NCBI GenBank assembly: GCA_023213395.1
Contig: CM041465.1
Location: 228,167,741-228,231,740 of the forward strand
Length of the DNA stretch: 64,000 nt
Reading direction: 5' to 3'
Origin: Cycas panzhihuaensis
Taxonomy: Eukaryota > Plantae > Cycadophyta
The translations under genes and the position numbers were made by a program. Below the pieces are notes generated by a model, which saw nothing but the letters and a program-made list of their open reading frames with translations, had not been told where the DNA came from and did not search any database. How positions within the stretch are numbered: the stretch's first letter is position 1; each line of letters starts with the position of its first letter. Below are positions 39,719 to 53,080 of the stretch, one piece after another.

Positions 39719-42700
39719 TGATAGAAATGTACCAATATAATATCAAATAACTAAATGAATGAGAAAATAATATAACAAAAATACCAAGATCATAAGTGTG
39801 AAAAGAGTGGATCTATCCTTCATCTCCATGTACTAAACACAAAGGCAAATATGGGAGTAAGAGAGACTTGAGAGAAAAAGAGTAGCTTTCACAAAATGAG
39901 GAGGTAAGAATGAGCCTCTTACATTGAGCTTTTACTTTTATATTGAGAGAGGGAGCATTAGAGTTAGGTGAAATGAAATTATACATAATGCAAATAAAAG
40001 TGTATTTCATTTAAGCGATCTAATTTAAAATTCACTTAAGACCCTTTTTAGAAATAATCAACTAATATAATGACCTTGTGACATTAACCCATTTCAATCT
40101 CCCCTTTAATGGTAGAAGGTCATTTCATCCTATTTTATTCTATCCTATAAGGTCTTCATTTGAGCCTCTTACAAAGCAAACTACTACGACACTTTTATGG
40201 GAAACCCTCATGGGGAAGAAAACCCACATATTTTCTAATCTACTAACCTAGCTCAGGTAGCTCTTTAAATGAAGCCAGATAGTCAATCAGTACAATGAAT
40301 TTTGTAGTTGAAATCTACTAAGTCTCCATATACCATTTGGTCATCCCTGTGCCCTTTTTGGTTTTCATAGTTTCTGATTTTCCAAAGTGATACAACCGTT
40401 ATCCTTTCATACCCATAAGGGTTTTTCATGAATGGGATAGAGTAGAGACTTACTCTTATCCTTTTGTGCCTACAAGGGGTTTTCATAAATGAGATAGAGT
40501 ATGATGGTCCTATTATCATCTCTTTCAATCAGTTGGAGATGGAGGCCCTAAGGCCAAGTTGCCTTTGAAACTATTCAAACTTCACCCTCTTCAATGGTTT
40601 AGTGAAGATATCAGCCACTTGATCTACTGTGGGGTAGTACTCCAGTTAAATTATGCCATCATGAACTAGTTCTCTATCATATGGACTTTTGTACTTATAT
40701 GTTTAGTACGGTCATGAAATAGAGGATTTTAACCATTTGGATTATAGATTGATTATCTACATATAAGCTGGTAGAACTTATTTGGGTGGCATTTAATGTA
40801 TTCAATAATTTTCTAATCCATATCACCTCCTTGTTTGTCTTAGAAGGAGCAATATATTTAGCTTCAGCAGTTGAGTCTATAACTATCTTATGTCATCTAA
40901 ATCTTTATGATATTAATGTTATTCAAAGAAATATTACGTACCCAAATGTAGATTTTCTTGTGTCTTTATCTCTGGCAAAATCTAGGTCTATATATATATA
41001 AAGTTTAAATTCTGCATTGGGTTCATATAACAGGCCATATTTGCTGTTCATCTTCAGGTACTCAACATTCATATTGCAACTTTTCAGTGCTTCTGCTTAA
41101 GCTTTATCATGAATCTTGTAAGAATGCCAATAGAGTATGTAATATCTGGCCTTATGTTGGTATTATAGATGAGACTACCTATAAGTTTCCTGTAGAGTGT
41201 TATATATGCCTCCCTACTATCACCATTAGTTAAGAGTTTAACATTAGGTTCCATAGGTATATCCACTGGTCGAGCACCTCCCAACTAAAATTTTGTCACA
41301 AGATCGTTGATATATTTTTCTTGGGAGAGAAAGATTTTGCCATTCTTTTTAGTTACTTCAATTCCCAAGTAATATTTCATCAACTTGAGGTCAGATAATT
41401 CAAAAGTTTTAAAAAGGTCCTTCTTTAGCTGGCTAGTTACCTATTCATTATTTCCTATTATTAGCATATCATCCACAAAGATTAAGAGGTAAGTGACTTT
41501 CTCATTTTAGCGCTTGATGAATAATGTTGCATCAATATCTTGATGGTCATAAACCTCATATCCACGTTATCTCATTCTTTCAAACAACATAATAAACTAA
41601 GTATGAGGGGCTTATTTTAGGTTATAGAAGGACTTTCTCAGCCTACAAACCTTATGCTCTTGACTGATAATCTTGTATCCTTCTAGTTGAGCTATGTAAA
41701 TTTCTTCTTTAAGGTCCCCATTGAGAAATGCAGTCTTAACATTGAGTTGGTGGATTTTCCAACCCTATTGAGCAGCCAAGGCTATAAGAGTTTTGATTGT
41801 AGGCCACTTGGTTATAGGAGTAAAGATTTTAGTGTAATCAATGCCTTTCCTTCACGTCAATCCTTTTGCTACCAACCTCGCCTTGTGTTTTTCTAAGGTG
41901 CCATCTAATCTATACTTATCTTTTTAACACTCATTTATTTTGAACTACTTTCTTCTAAGTGATAGATCAACAAGCTCCTATATACCACTCTTAATAAGAG
42001 ATTGGTACTTTTCATTCATGGCATTTCTCTAAGCTACATGCTTTATAGCTTCTTGGTACATTAGGGGCTCTTCATTAAGAGCAGGGTGCAATTCTGGTGG
42101 TTCAAGCTTAATGGAAAGTGATTCATGCATCCTTACTCTATGGGCACTTCTAATGCCAGTTTTACCTACCTCATATGGTCGCATGTCCTTGTGTAGCTAG
42201 TAGGCTTCACGAAAACCTCAAGTTAGGAATGAGGTTTTTATTTTCGCAGCCTCTTGGTCTTTATTTTGATCCTGAAAAGGATCATGTGAAATGTTTGGCA
42301 TGGAGGAAGTTGATGATGCTGGAGAAGATGGGCCAGCCACTAATATTGGAGAAGATGCACCTTCTATTATGGCTTTTCCTTTGTTAACTTGGTTGTTCAT
42401 AAATGTTGGTCCTAGATGTATACACATTGGATGGGAGTCACAACTTGTATCCTTTGAGGCTATATTGTCAAATTCCAAGATTTTGAGCAATTGTTAAGCA
42501 TTTCCCCCTCTAAATTTTAAAATGTAGACATCAAATTCAGTAGCATCATTAAATCAGTATGAAGGTATCTTAGAGTCAAGTTTGAGTAATTGATCTTTAG
42601 TCTTTCTAAAGATAACATCTCTAGTGATGATAATTTTGCATTGTGAAGGTATAAAAACTTTGTACCCCTTTTTGTCCATAGGGTATCCAACAAATATGCC

Positions 42701-43590
42701 TTTGAGGGCTCTATCTTGGAGCTCATTTCTGTGTTCCTCTAAAATGTGAGCATAACAAGTAGAGCCAGAAATTTTAAAGTGGGAGATAGAGGGGGTTTGT
42801 CCATACCACATTTCATATGGAGGGGGGCCAAGCTTGGAAGAACTAATAATGTTGATGTAGTACACAATAGTTCAAATAGCCTTAGCCCAAAGATAGACAG
42901 GGATGTTCTTATATACTAGCATAGCATGAGCTATATTCATGATGGTCCTATTCATGCACTCAGCAACTCCATTTTCTTGGGGTGTACTTGTAACAATAGT
43001 CTAATGTTTGATTCCATGCTAACATAGGTACGATTCAAACTCATTAGACGTGTACTCATCACCATTGTTAGTCCTGAGTATTTTGATCTTAAATCTAGAT
43101 TCATTTTCCACGTAGGCCTTAAAAGCTTGAAACATAGAAAAAGCTTCATCTTTCTTTACAAGAAAAGCTACCCATACTTTCTTAGTAAAATCATCAATGA
43201 AAGTAATATAGTACCACCTTTGTTTAAGAAAAGGAATAGGCATAGGACTGCATATATCTGAGTGTACAAACTGCAAAGGTTGGCTAGATTTTCACTGACT
43301 ACAAGAAAAGGGTTATCTTTGAGATTTGGCAATGATGCATGCTTCACATTTGAAGGGCTTAGAGGAGAGCCTAGGCATATCAAGAAGAGTGGTATGTAGT
43401 TCTCTTAAACGATCAATTTTGATATGGCCCATATGAGCATGCTATAGGGCCACTTGGGGCAAATTTTGAGGAGTCAGGGTTATGGTAAAAGTAGAGTCAT
43501 CATCAACATAACTAGCTTCAAAGGATAGTGAGATAGTTAGGCAAAAAAGATTGCCATTAAGAATTTTGGTCATAACCACAACATTTGAAA
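39719..43590 (-). mobile_element. Degenerate Ty1/copia element: putative 3' LTR, PPT, RNase H, RT, integrase; gag missing
   Basis: Integrase VHSDICSP...YYITFIDDF...LRTNNGDEYTS (43019-43276) and KGIFVGY (42554-42865). RT YRKLIGSLIY...RPDI (41084-41284); RNase H DQVADIFTK ~40600. PPT complement ATCTCCCC 40097-40104; putative LTR 39719-40096 (left end uncertain). Confidence 0.85.
40399..40501 (+). repeat. ~57-bp tandem repeat in the copia 3' UTR
   Basis: TTATCCTTT...GGGTTTTTCAT.AATG.GATAGAGTA occurs twice, with a degenerate third unit near 40345. Confidence 0.75.
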
Positions 43591-43890
43591 GAGTAGAAAA
43601 AATGTAAGTTTTATCATGGGAAACCCTTATGAGTGAGAACTCACTAACACTTAATTGATTACATTGTTCATGATCTATTAGGATCACTTAATACAACACT
43701 TAATTTGATATTTATCCATGATATAGGTTGATTAATTATTCACCATAAGATTTATATTTATAACTCCCTAAGAGGTATGTCCAATTAATGGCTACGACCC
43801 TTCATCACGTCTAGCGACTTCTCGTATCTCCAATACAACCACATAAAGTATTATATTAACACTTAGTTAACCTTAATATGTCTACTAATA
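43590..43890 (-). repeat. LTR fragment of the same family as the 14230-14765 LTR
   Basis: Shares GAAACCCTTA, GATCACTTAATA.AACACTTAATTTGATAT, TATAACTCCCTAAGA.GTATGTCCAA and TATGTCTACTAA with 14300-14630. Confidence 0.8.
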
Positions 43891-45099
43891 AATAATTTAT
43901 TTATAATAATGTATAAGTATGCTAGCATATAAATAAGGTCTCTATCTAATACAATCTTGATATAATGTAACATAGTAGATTTTCTAATTTAAAATGTATA
44001 CTCTTGTTTAATATCCACCATTCATAAGCCAACCTAAAACAACATGACATAGTAAAAAATCACACTTAATTCATAAGGTAAAAATTCCTATTAAGGATGC
44101 ATTCCCATGGGAAATGAAAGACACAATTGTCTCATTGGTCTTTTATCATTTTACTATATTTATAGAAATTCAAAGAAATGCATATATTGTATTCTCAAGA
44201 ATGAATAAAAACATGCATTTAGAAGAATACATAATACAAATTCACAAGAATGTATATAAACATAGATCTATATGATGCACAAGAAAAATTTATAAAGAAT
44301 ATGTAATCTTGAATACATGGCCATATAATATCTTTTTTTTCCTAAATTTTTGGCCTATGTGATGATTATGTATTATTTTGTGACTCTTTCTTGATTCGAG
44401 AAATACAACTAGATTCCAAGTTTGGACTCCTTTATCAAAATGGCCTAATTCCTTTGCCAAACATCTTAAAAAGGGGCATATTCCTTTAATTTCTAAGTTT
44501 ACAAATTCAAGTTATTATAGTATAAATATTATTAGTTAATAACTTTAAGAATTTAAACTTCAAAGTGCATGCTTTATAATGTGATGTGGTGTGATTTTAA
44601 CATGACCAACTTTCACATTGTCCCTTTTTTTAATGGTACTTATGATTGGAAATTAAATGCTCAACTTTGTATTAACTAAGGGCATTCACTTCAAAAGATG
44701 GTTAGCTCATTCGCCTCTATAATTATCTAGTCTTTTTAGATTTGTTTTGTGTTATTTGGGCCTTTTTTAGGGGTTAATTTCCATTCCCCAAAATGTTGCA
44801 CCATCAAGTTTGGCCTAACATTATAAAATTTAGTTAGATACAACAAAAACAATTCATGGCTTTATAATATTTTTTATAATGTTACAATATTTTTACAATG
44901 TTGAACTATTCCTTACAGCATCTTCTACAAGTCTTAAAAACAAAAAGAAAAAGAAAAAATGTCAATTTACATATATTTTTCTTATTGATTTAGATTTTTC
45001 CCAAAACCAACTATGAGTAAAAATCAATGGTCTTTAAAAGACATAATTTTCCAACAAAACAATATACAAAATATGCTTATTTAATCATAATCTCACATT

Positions 45100-46000
45100 A
45101 GATTTGGATCTTTTGGCCATTGTAGCTTTTCCAACTTTTTGCTCTTTGCTTAGTACTTATTTTTATGATTTTTACCAAGTCTCTTATGAGCTTTTACTAG
45201 TTTTGGTTAAAGCTTTTGGTGTGTTGAACTACATATTATCTTCTTTTCTTCTTACTAGATGGTTTAATGGGGGGATTTTCATAATGCTTCCATTGTGATC
45301 ACCTCTTATTCATTTCTTTATGATTTATTATTGCCTTTCTCTCACCTTATTACAATAATAAATTGATTGGAAGAGGTGAGTCTTTGAGGAATTCTTCTCA
45401 TTGTTCTTACTAAATTTTTCTTAGTTGAATCTTGCTAAGTTTCTTTGGATTTTTCACCAAAAGTCTCTCACTTGATTTCTAGTTTATTTTGTTTGTTTTC
45501 TTATGATTTCATCTTACAAATTTTTCTTCATTTTTATTTGTTGAATCATGGTCACATTCCCTTAATTCTTCGTTATAGTTTTTCAAAGCCTTTTTACTTC
45601 TCTTTCTTACTGATCTTGGTGCATTCCTCTCAATCTCTTATTTAGGTTATCTATTCCATTCTCATTGATCTATTTTCATTAGTTTAGTGTCGAAATCATC
45701 TTGTATGTTCTCTTTGTATGAAGACTACCCTACTTTACTTATTGTTCCTCATCTACCTACTTTGGTTACCACCTCTTTAATTGTCCTTTTTACTTGGGTG
45801 GTTTTAAGAATTTGTTTCTTATATAGGCATTCAGGATCTATCTCTTTTCATGGATACCTTTGTTAGTATACAATCTTTTTACCTCTTCAATCCAATTCTT
45901 GAGTTAGCATTATAAGGATCAGATCTATCCTTATAGTGTAGATCTGAGGTATCATCATATAGGTAAGTCATGATTCACAAGTAGATTTAGTCTTTGTTGA
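45100..46000 (-). mobile_element. Possible highly degenerate gypsy gag remnant
   Basis: Purine-rich minus strand with weak retrotransposon-gag-like peptides (..DPECLYK.., EIK*ETFGE); no intact ORF. Confidence 0.3.
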
Positions 46001-46879
46001 TTAATTGTTTTCTTTAATGATTATTTTTATTGATAAATATATTTTATGCTAGTTTAAATCGCTTTATTTGATTAGCATAATATTACTTTCAACTAAAGAT
46101 AGACATTATTTCTTTTTCTTGATTTATTTTTCTCTTGCATCATAAAGGGATTTAACTAACACCTCATTATATAACCACTTCTTATTTCCTTAATTTCCTG
46201 TTATGCTTAAGTGCTCTAGTGACTAGATAAGAAGAAGAAATTAAGGCTAAAAGAAGATAAAGACAAAAAAGATATCACCTAGTTTCTTACCTTTCATACT
46301 TTTTATTTTAGTTAAAGTAAAAAAAAAAAAATTCCTTTCGGTTATTCAAGGAAGTTACATATAAGTACACCAATAATTAAAAGAATCTTTTTATTTAAAA
46401 TAGTTTTTTCTCTTTTGCACGTGCTTGTAAGCTTATTGGTTTGCTTTGCTTAAGTTCTTATTTTCTTTTAAGCATTGCTTAGTGTGTTTCACATTTCTAA
46501 TATAGGTTCAATATTTTATTCATTTAATAAAAAATACATGTCATTACATTTAGCTTATGTTATATGCTCTCTCTCGTTTTAGGTCTAGGACTCGCCTTAC
46601 CAAAAGGCAGGGCTAGTGTGTTGCAAACCCAATCTTAGTTGTATTAATTCCATACTATATGTGAGGCTTTATTATGTTGTAAACAAGTGGTGACAGATGG
46701 CTATCATGACTATGTGTAATTAGGAGAGTTGAGGGACCTCTATACGACTCTATTGAGAGAAATTTTTCCCATCTTTATTCTTCCCTAAGAATTTAAAATT
46801 ATTTAGAGTTGGACATAGGAATCCCCAAACTTCCCACATTCACAGGTGGGATGTTACTAATTGAGAGAATCTCCATCAA

Positions 46880-49800
46880 TTTTTTTTTTTTTTCAGTGAG
46901 GTTTAAATAAATGTGGGGATTTAAAAGGGGACCCCAACCCCTTTACAAAATCTACCAAATTAGCCTTCTAGATCTATCGTGACAAGCCCACGACCTAGCT
47001 TCAGATAAAACCACACCTACTATGGTTACTAGACCCCCCTGCCACGATAAGCCCAGTGGCTAGCTCAAATAACCTACTAGGGTTTATACTTTCCAAGTCT
47101 TTCCTAACCAGATCTATAATCTCATAAGGGATCATATCCCTCCAAACCTTGCTTCTTTTGAATTGGACTCCAAAATTAGTCAAGCCATCAACCATCCCAT
47201 TACCTTCCCTATATGTGTATATCACCTAAACATTTGCTCTCCTTTGAAGATCCTCCTTAGCATCGTCAATCATAGCTCTATATTTCCAATCTAGCTCCAC
47301 ATCCCCTCTGATTAATTTTATTACGTTCAATGAATCCCCTTCCAAAATCACCCTATTATATCCCTCCAAGGATATCATATCCATAACTTTGCCCATCACA
47401 TCTAACTCAGCCCTATGACTAGTCTGAGTCCCGTAATAATTAGCAAAGGCCCAGATCACCTTTCCTTCGACATTTCTACAGACTCCACCACTCCATATTT
47501 CACCAGGGTTAACTTTTGTTATACCATCAAAATTGATTTTGACCCAACTCTCAGGGGGAGGGCACCATCTGCACTACCTTTTTTAAGCTATATTTATTTT
47601 GAGATTCTTTATACCCCACCTCTCTAGGGTCTTCCTTTCCTTAGAGGGAATGAAGATTTCTTCCTCTTCCTTCAACGTCTCTCTTAGGGTAGTGTAGATC
47701 ATCCCATAGAGCTTGGGTCCATCCATGTGTATCTCTTAGAAGATTCTCCTAATCCTCTCTTTCTAAAGGTTCCACATCAGTATAGGTAGTGATATTATCC
47801 ATAAAGACCTAAGAGTTATGCATCTAAAGGGACTCTTCTATGAGGCAACTAAGTTCTTTACATTTCTAGGAATGACCCACACTACTCCAAAAGTGTTCCA
47901 AAGTAACTTCCACACCTCCCTGGAGTAAGAGCAGTGCAACAGGATATGATCGAGAGACTCCTCCTCTTTCTGGCATAAAATACATCTGTTCACCATCAAG
48001 AATCCTCTTTTCTTTATATTATCTAGTGTCAGGATATTATTCTTAAGGCATAACCGCCAAAAGATAGCTACCTTAAGAATTAGGCCTATTTTCCATACAC
48101 CCCCTAGCACCTCATTCTTTTCAAAATATTTTTCTAAGATCTAGAATAGATAACCAGATTTCATCGAATATTCCCCAAAAGGGGATAGAGGCCAGATCAT
48201 GGAGTCCACCCTAGGATGTCTAGGGATATAATTTTTAACCAGCTCATGTCTAAAGGCCTTAATCTACTCTTCATTTGCATGGTTAGGGGGCATATCATCA
48301 AAATAATTCCAGTTATTTATACCTCCTTGGGTCTCCTTGTAGTCCTTAACTTTCCTACCATATAGCCTTTCATAGGTATCCCAGAGGGGGCTAATAGCTA
48401 GTTTCTTCTTCATTTATGGTTGTCCACATCAGACATCCTCCCACAGGTTAATCCTCTTTCCATCCCCTAGATACCATTAAGCTCCTGTCACCAACATCTT
48501 CCTCACATAAGTTAGGCTCCTCTATATCGTATATCCTATCTTACTCGAAAGATCATCACTCAGGTATTGCTTGTCCCTAAGATATTTTTGGGCCACAATT
48601 ATACACCATAGGTTTTTATCATTCCTGGATACTCTCTAACCTAACTTAGCTACAAAATCCCTATTGAAGCAAGCAATGTTTTTAATGTTCATCCTGCTAA
48701 CCCATTTAAGGGGGCACACTTTCTCCCAAGACACTAAATAGATTATGTCCCTCTACTCAACTCTGGACCACAAGAACATTTTTTTAATAAATTCTAATAT
48801 ATTAACCACCTTTGTTGGACATCTGAATAATAATATCATATAAGTTGGGGCACTTTTGAGAGAGGTCATCAATAGTTGAAGTTTTCTTACTTGGCTAAGG
48901 AGAGCTCCCTTCCAACCAACTAGTTTCCTTTTCGCTCAATCAATAGTCATGTTCCATAATTCCTTCTCTTTTTTGCCCATAAAGAGTGGCATTCTAAGGA
49001 ATATAGTGGGGAGCTTCCTAATGGGCATTTCAAGAATCCTTCTAATTACTCTTTAGGTTCTTTCCATGGTGTTTAGGAAATATATGCTGCTCTTGTTAAG
49101 ATTTATCTTCTAGTTCATCACAACCTCAAACCTTTTGAGCTCACTCTTTATGGATTTGGCTTCTATAATAACATCCCTCCCTAACTGAATATTGTCATCT
49201 ATAAAATGGTAGTGAACTATATTATCCACCCCTAAGGTAGGTTTTAAACCCATAATATTACCTATCTTCCTAGCCTCCTCCATAGACTTTCTCATTAATT
49301 TTGCCATAATAATGAATAGGCACGGGGCTAAGTGGTCCCCTTGCCTCAAACCTCTAAAGCCTAGAAAAAAAACTATTGAGGTGCTATTAACTATCACAGA
49401 GAACTTTGGCTTCACAATGTAGCTTTTTATCCAACTCCCCCAATGGTCTCTAAAGCCAAAAGCTTTGATGCATTCTGTTAGGCAGTCCCATGACACCCTG
49501 TCGTAGGCCTTGGAGAGATTAATCTTGACAATCATCTCGTGCTCTTTCTTTTGAGAGGTTGAATGAATAGTTTCATAGACCATAATTATTCCATCCAAAA
49601 TCTGTTTGCCTTTGATGAAGCCATCTTGACTGGGCGATATAATTAGTAGAAGGGTGCACTTAAGCCTATTAGCCAAAATCTTTGGCATAATTTTATACTT
49701 TATGTTGCAGAGGCTTATGGGTCTAAAGTCCTCCATCCTTTTCACATCTCCTTTCATTGAGCATATCTTTAAAGTAGTCCACTACCACTTCCTTTATGCC

Positions 49801-52800
49801 TCTCTATACCAAAATTTCCTCACCATCCTTATTAATCAATACCTTGATTTAGTTTCAGGATCTGTGTTTCAACATGGTCATGTGGAAGAATTTCATATTT
49901 TTATCTCCCTCGGTTAGCCACAGGGCTCTAAATTTTTGTCTCCAATGGATTTCCTCCTTTAAAAGGATTCCCTCTAAGTTAGAGAAGAGGCCTCTCTCAT
50001 TCTAGTCAAGGGGATGAGATCTCTTTTCCTCCTAGATTTTCACCTCTAACTCCTTGAGCTCCTTTAGGATCTTACTCTTGATTTCAAAAATGTTCCCATA
50101 GGTTCTCTTATTCTAGTCTTTAACCTGATGTTTCACCTAATTTAGCTTTTTAGAGAACCTTAACATCGTGCATCCTTCCATTGGTATCATCCACCACTCT
50201 TTAATCAGCTCATGGAGACCTGGGTCTTTTGTCCATATAAGATCAAAGTAAAATGGGGCACCCATATAACTCTTGTTATTTGCAATTCCTAGCACCAATG
50301 GGAAATGATCCAAAATTGCCTTTGTCATGGCTTCTAAGAATATATTACTATACTAACTTGCCCAAGCATAGTTCATTAAGATTCTTTCTAATTTGACATG
50401 AATATGATTGGTTCCTAGCCTTCTATTGGACCAGGTAAAATTTGGGCCCCTAAGAAAGAAGTCCATCATATCCACCTTCTACATGAATTCCCTTATGTCC
50501 TCTATGATCTTTATCTAACCTCCCTGACTGCCTTTCTTCTCTTCAAGGGACAAGGCTATATTGAAATCCCCAACTATTAACCAGGGACCCCTCTAATCTT
50601 TTTAGACATCCAACATCTTGTCCCACAAACATTTCCTCCCTTCCTGCATGAGGGGAGCATAAACATTTGAAACCAACCATTTAAGGTTCAATTTCCTATA
50701 GGTCATCTAGTAGGAAATAAAGTGGTCCTTAACGAAGTAAGCCTCTCCTTCCCAGCCTTTAAGATTCCATATGATGACCAAACCACCCAAACCCTTATGC
50801 CCATCCTTAGTAATCAAATTAGCTCCCTTCCAAACTTTATTCTTAATTTTATCCCTATTAGCTGCTTCTAATTTTATTTCCTAGAGAGAGAGTATGTTTA
50901 GATCTAAATAAGCTCAGAAATCTCTAATCATTCTGTATTTTGATGGGGCATTTATGCCCTAAATATTCCAAGAGGCAAGTTTCATTGTTGCATTATACCC
51001 TTCTCCCTTAGACTTCAACATCTTGTATTTCTTAATCTGGGGCCCAACACTCCTCCATCCCTAAGAGTTTATTGGCTTCCTTGTTCAATATGTGAAGCTA
51101 CCTCCCTTTCTCGTAATAGCCTTATATGGGGCCTTATAACCCTCCTTTCATTATTGAAATTATGACCTTTAACTTGATCTAGGTCCTTATATTCCTCTTG
51201 ATTACCTTTGTCTTTAATTTTCTATATCCTCTTGGGTTTTCCTTATTCCTCTTGCCTATCTTCATGGATTAGACCTTCATTGTGTGGGATGGCCTCCTCC
51301 CCTATTAGGGTCTCCTCATCTTTGTTGGCCAGCCTAATCTCTTCTATGTAAATTCAGTTCTAAGTTAAGGTCAAACTCATCTTATCCCCCTCTTTCCCTT
51401 CTTCCTCCCCAGTTTCAAGGAGGGTATCTTCCTTGTCCAAGTTTAGCTCCTTTCCAACTTCTAGTAAATATTCTTCCACTCTCTTCCCATCATTAGGAGC
51501 ATCTAGGTGTCTGCCCTATTTGTCATTATCCTCACCCTTATCTTCCTCAAGGATTTTCTTAGTCTCTTTCTTTTGTTCTCTTGGGTAATTTTGAGGGAAA
51601 TGGCCTAAGCAATTACATTTTAAACATCTTATGTTATCAAGTTCATATGCTAATCTCTGCTCCCTGCTCCATCCTTCACCGTTTATTTTCACCTGTTTAG
51701 GGAGAGGTCTATCCATCTTAGCCATAACACATAATCTAGTTATCACTAGCCTTCTACTATTCCTAGTGGCTTAGTCCATTGCTAACAAAGGGCATACTAC
51801 CTTAGCTATCCTCTTTATAACATCCATGTCCCAAGCCTATGATGGGAGGCCCGGAAGTTAAACTCAAAGAGGGACTTGCTTAATAGATCCCTCACCCGAG
51901 TCAAAGTCTGGATGCCATTTCTCCATCAGAACCACTTTTCTCTCTATCATCCAAGGTGACTTAAGTAAGACATTTATCATGTCTTCTTGGTGCATAAATT
52001 TTAAGAGCACATAACCCTTTGGGAGTGTCGCTACCTTCACTGACCCTTTAAGTTTCTATCTTAGCCCCATCCATTTCCTGATAGGATCTACTCTAGGTCT
52101 AGGACCTGAGAAGTGTCTTACCAAGTAATTCTCCTAGTATTTCTCCATGTAGTCAGGCACTCTCTTAGGAATAGGAATCCTAATGGAACTCTCCTCTATT
52201 ATATTATTTATATCAATAGATTGCTCTACTTCATTCCTCAAGGCTTCTAAGTATGATTTCCCTTAATTTGGATTCTGGTTAGGGGTTTGGGTATGTCTGT
52301 GAGTCTAATCCAATTTCAGATCCTAGTTATTTTCTATAATCCTTAAAGCTTTCTCTATTGATCTAGATAAAATGCTTCAAACAAAGCTTCCATTCTACAG
52401 TTAGGGTCATACAGTATCTTACGCAACTCTAGAGGGTTTTTGTTTTGACCTCTTTAAGTTTGAAGTGGAAAGCATAGGCCTAGCTTCAAAAGCTACCTCC
52501 AACATATGCTTAGCTTGAGTATTAGACCTTAACAATGATTCTCCTCTCTTCTAAGGTTAGGATATCACTCTATATGCCTCATATAGGATCCTTCTAATAG
52601 TTGCTCGTCCAACCAAAAAACCCTTGAACCTGGCTCATATCCTCCTATGACAGTCACCCTCTATTCTAGGGAAATGGCATCTAACAACTCATTACTTCAC
52701 CTATCCTCTGGTTTTAGAGTGCTTACACATCTCAGTAGTCCTACCTTGCCTTCCACCTTAGCCTCTGAATAACTCCACAATCTAGTAATTAGTACCCAAT

Positions 52801-52996
52801 CCAGAGATGGGTGACATTCTTCATCAGGAAAACCCATCTATCTAACCTGTCTGACCTCCTCGCGCTTAGGATTGAGGGTGATACATCCCCTCCATAACCC
52901 TTTAGGACCTAGCCCCCTCTTAGAATTCTCCCGAAGAGAACCCAGATTGAAGAAGATGTAAAACCCTAACTTGCTGGTCGCCACCTGTAATCGTAT
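46880..52996 (-). mobile_element. Full-length degenerate L1-clade LINE (LINE-4) with RNase H
   Basis: Poly(T) 46880-46893; RNase H 47001-47560; zf-RVT 47838-48110; RT 49110-49757 (FRPISLCN, GLRQGD, HFIDD); EN start MKLASWNI ~50985. ORF1 zinc knuckle CLKCNCLGHFPQNY 51516-51746. Candidate TSD TCTCCATCAAT 46870-46880 / TTTCTATTAAT 52997-53007 (three transitions, so the 5' end is less certain). Confidence 0.93.
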
Positions 52997-53018
52997 TTTC
53001 TATTAATGATCTCTTTTG

Positions 53019-53020
53019 TA

Positions 53021-53076
<56 letters not shown>
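53019..53076. repeat. (TA)n microsatellite
   Basis: Direct inspection. Confidence 0.97.

Positions 53077-53080
<4 letters not shown>

Noticed and set aside
46589-46610. CTCGCCTTACCAAAAGG resembling U5 snRNA loop 1 or the U1 5' end
   Set aside because: The invariant loop is not matched and there is no surrounding snRNA homology or Sm site.
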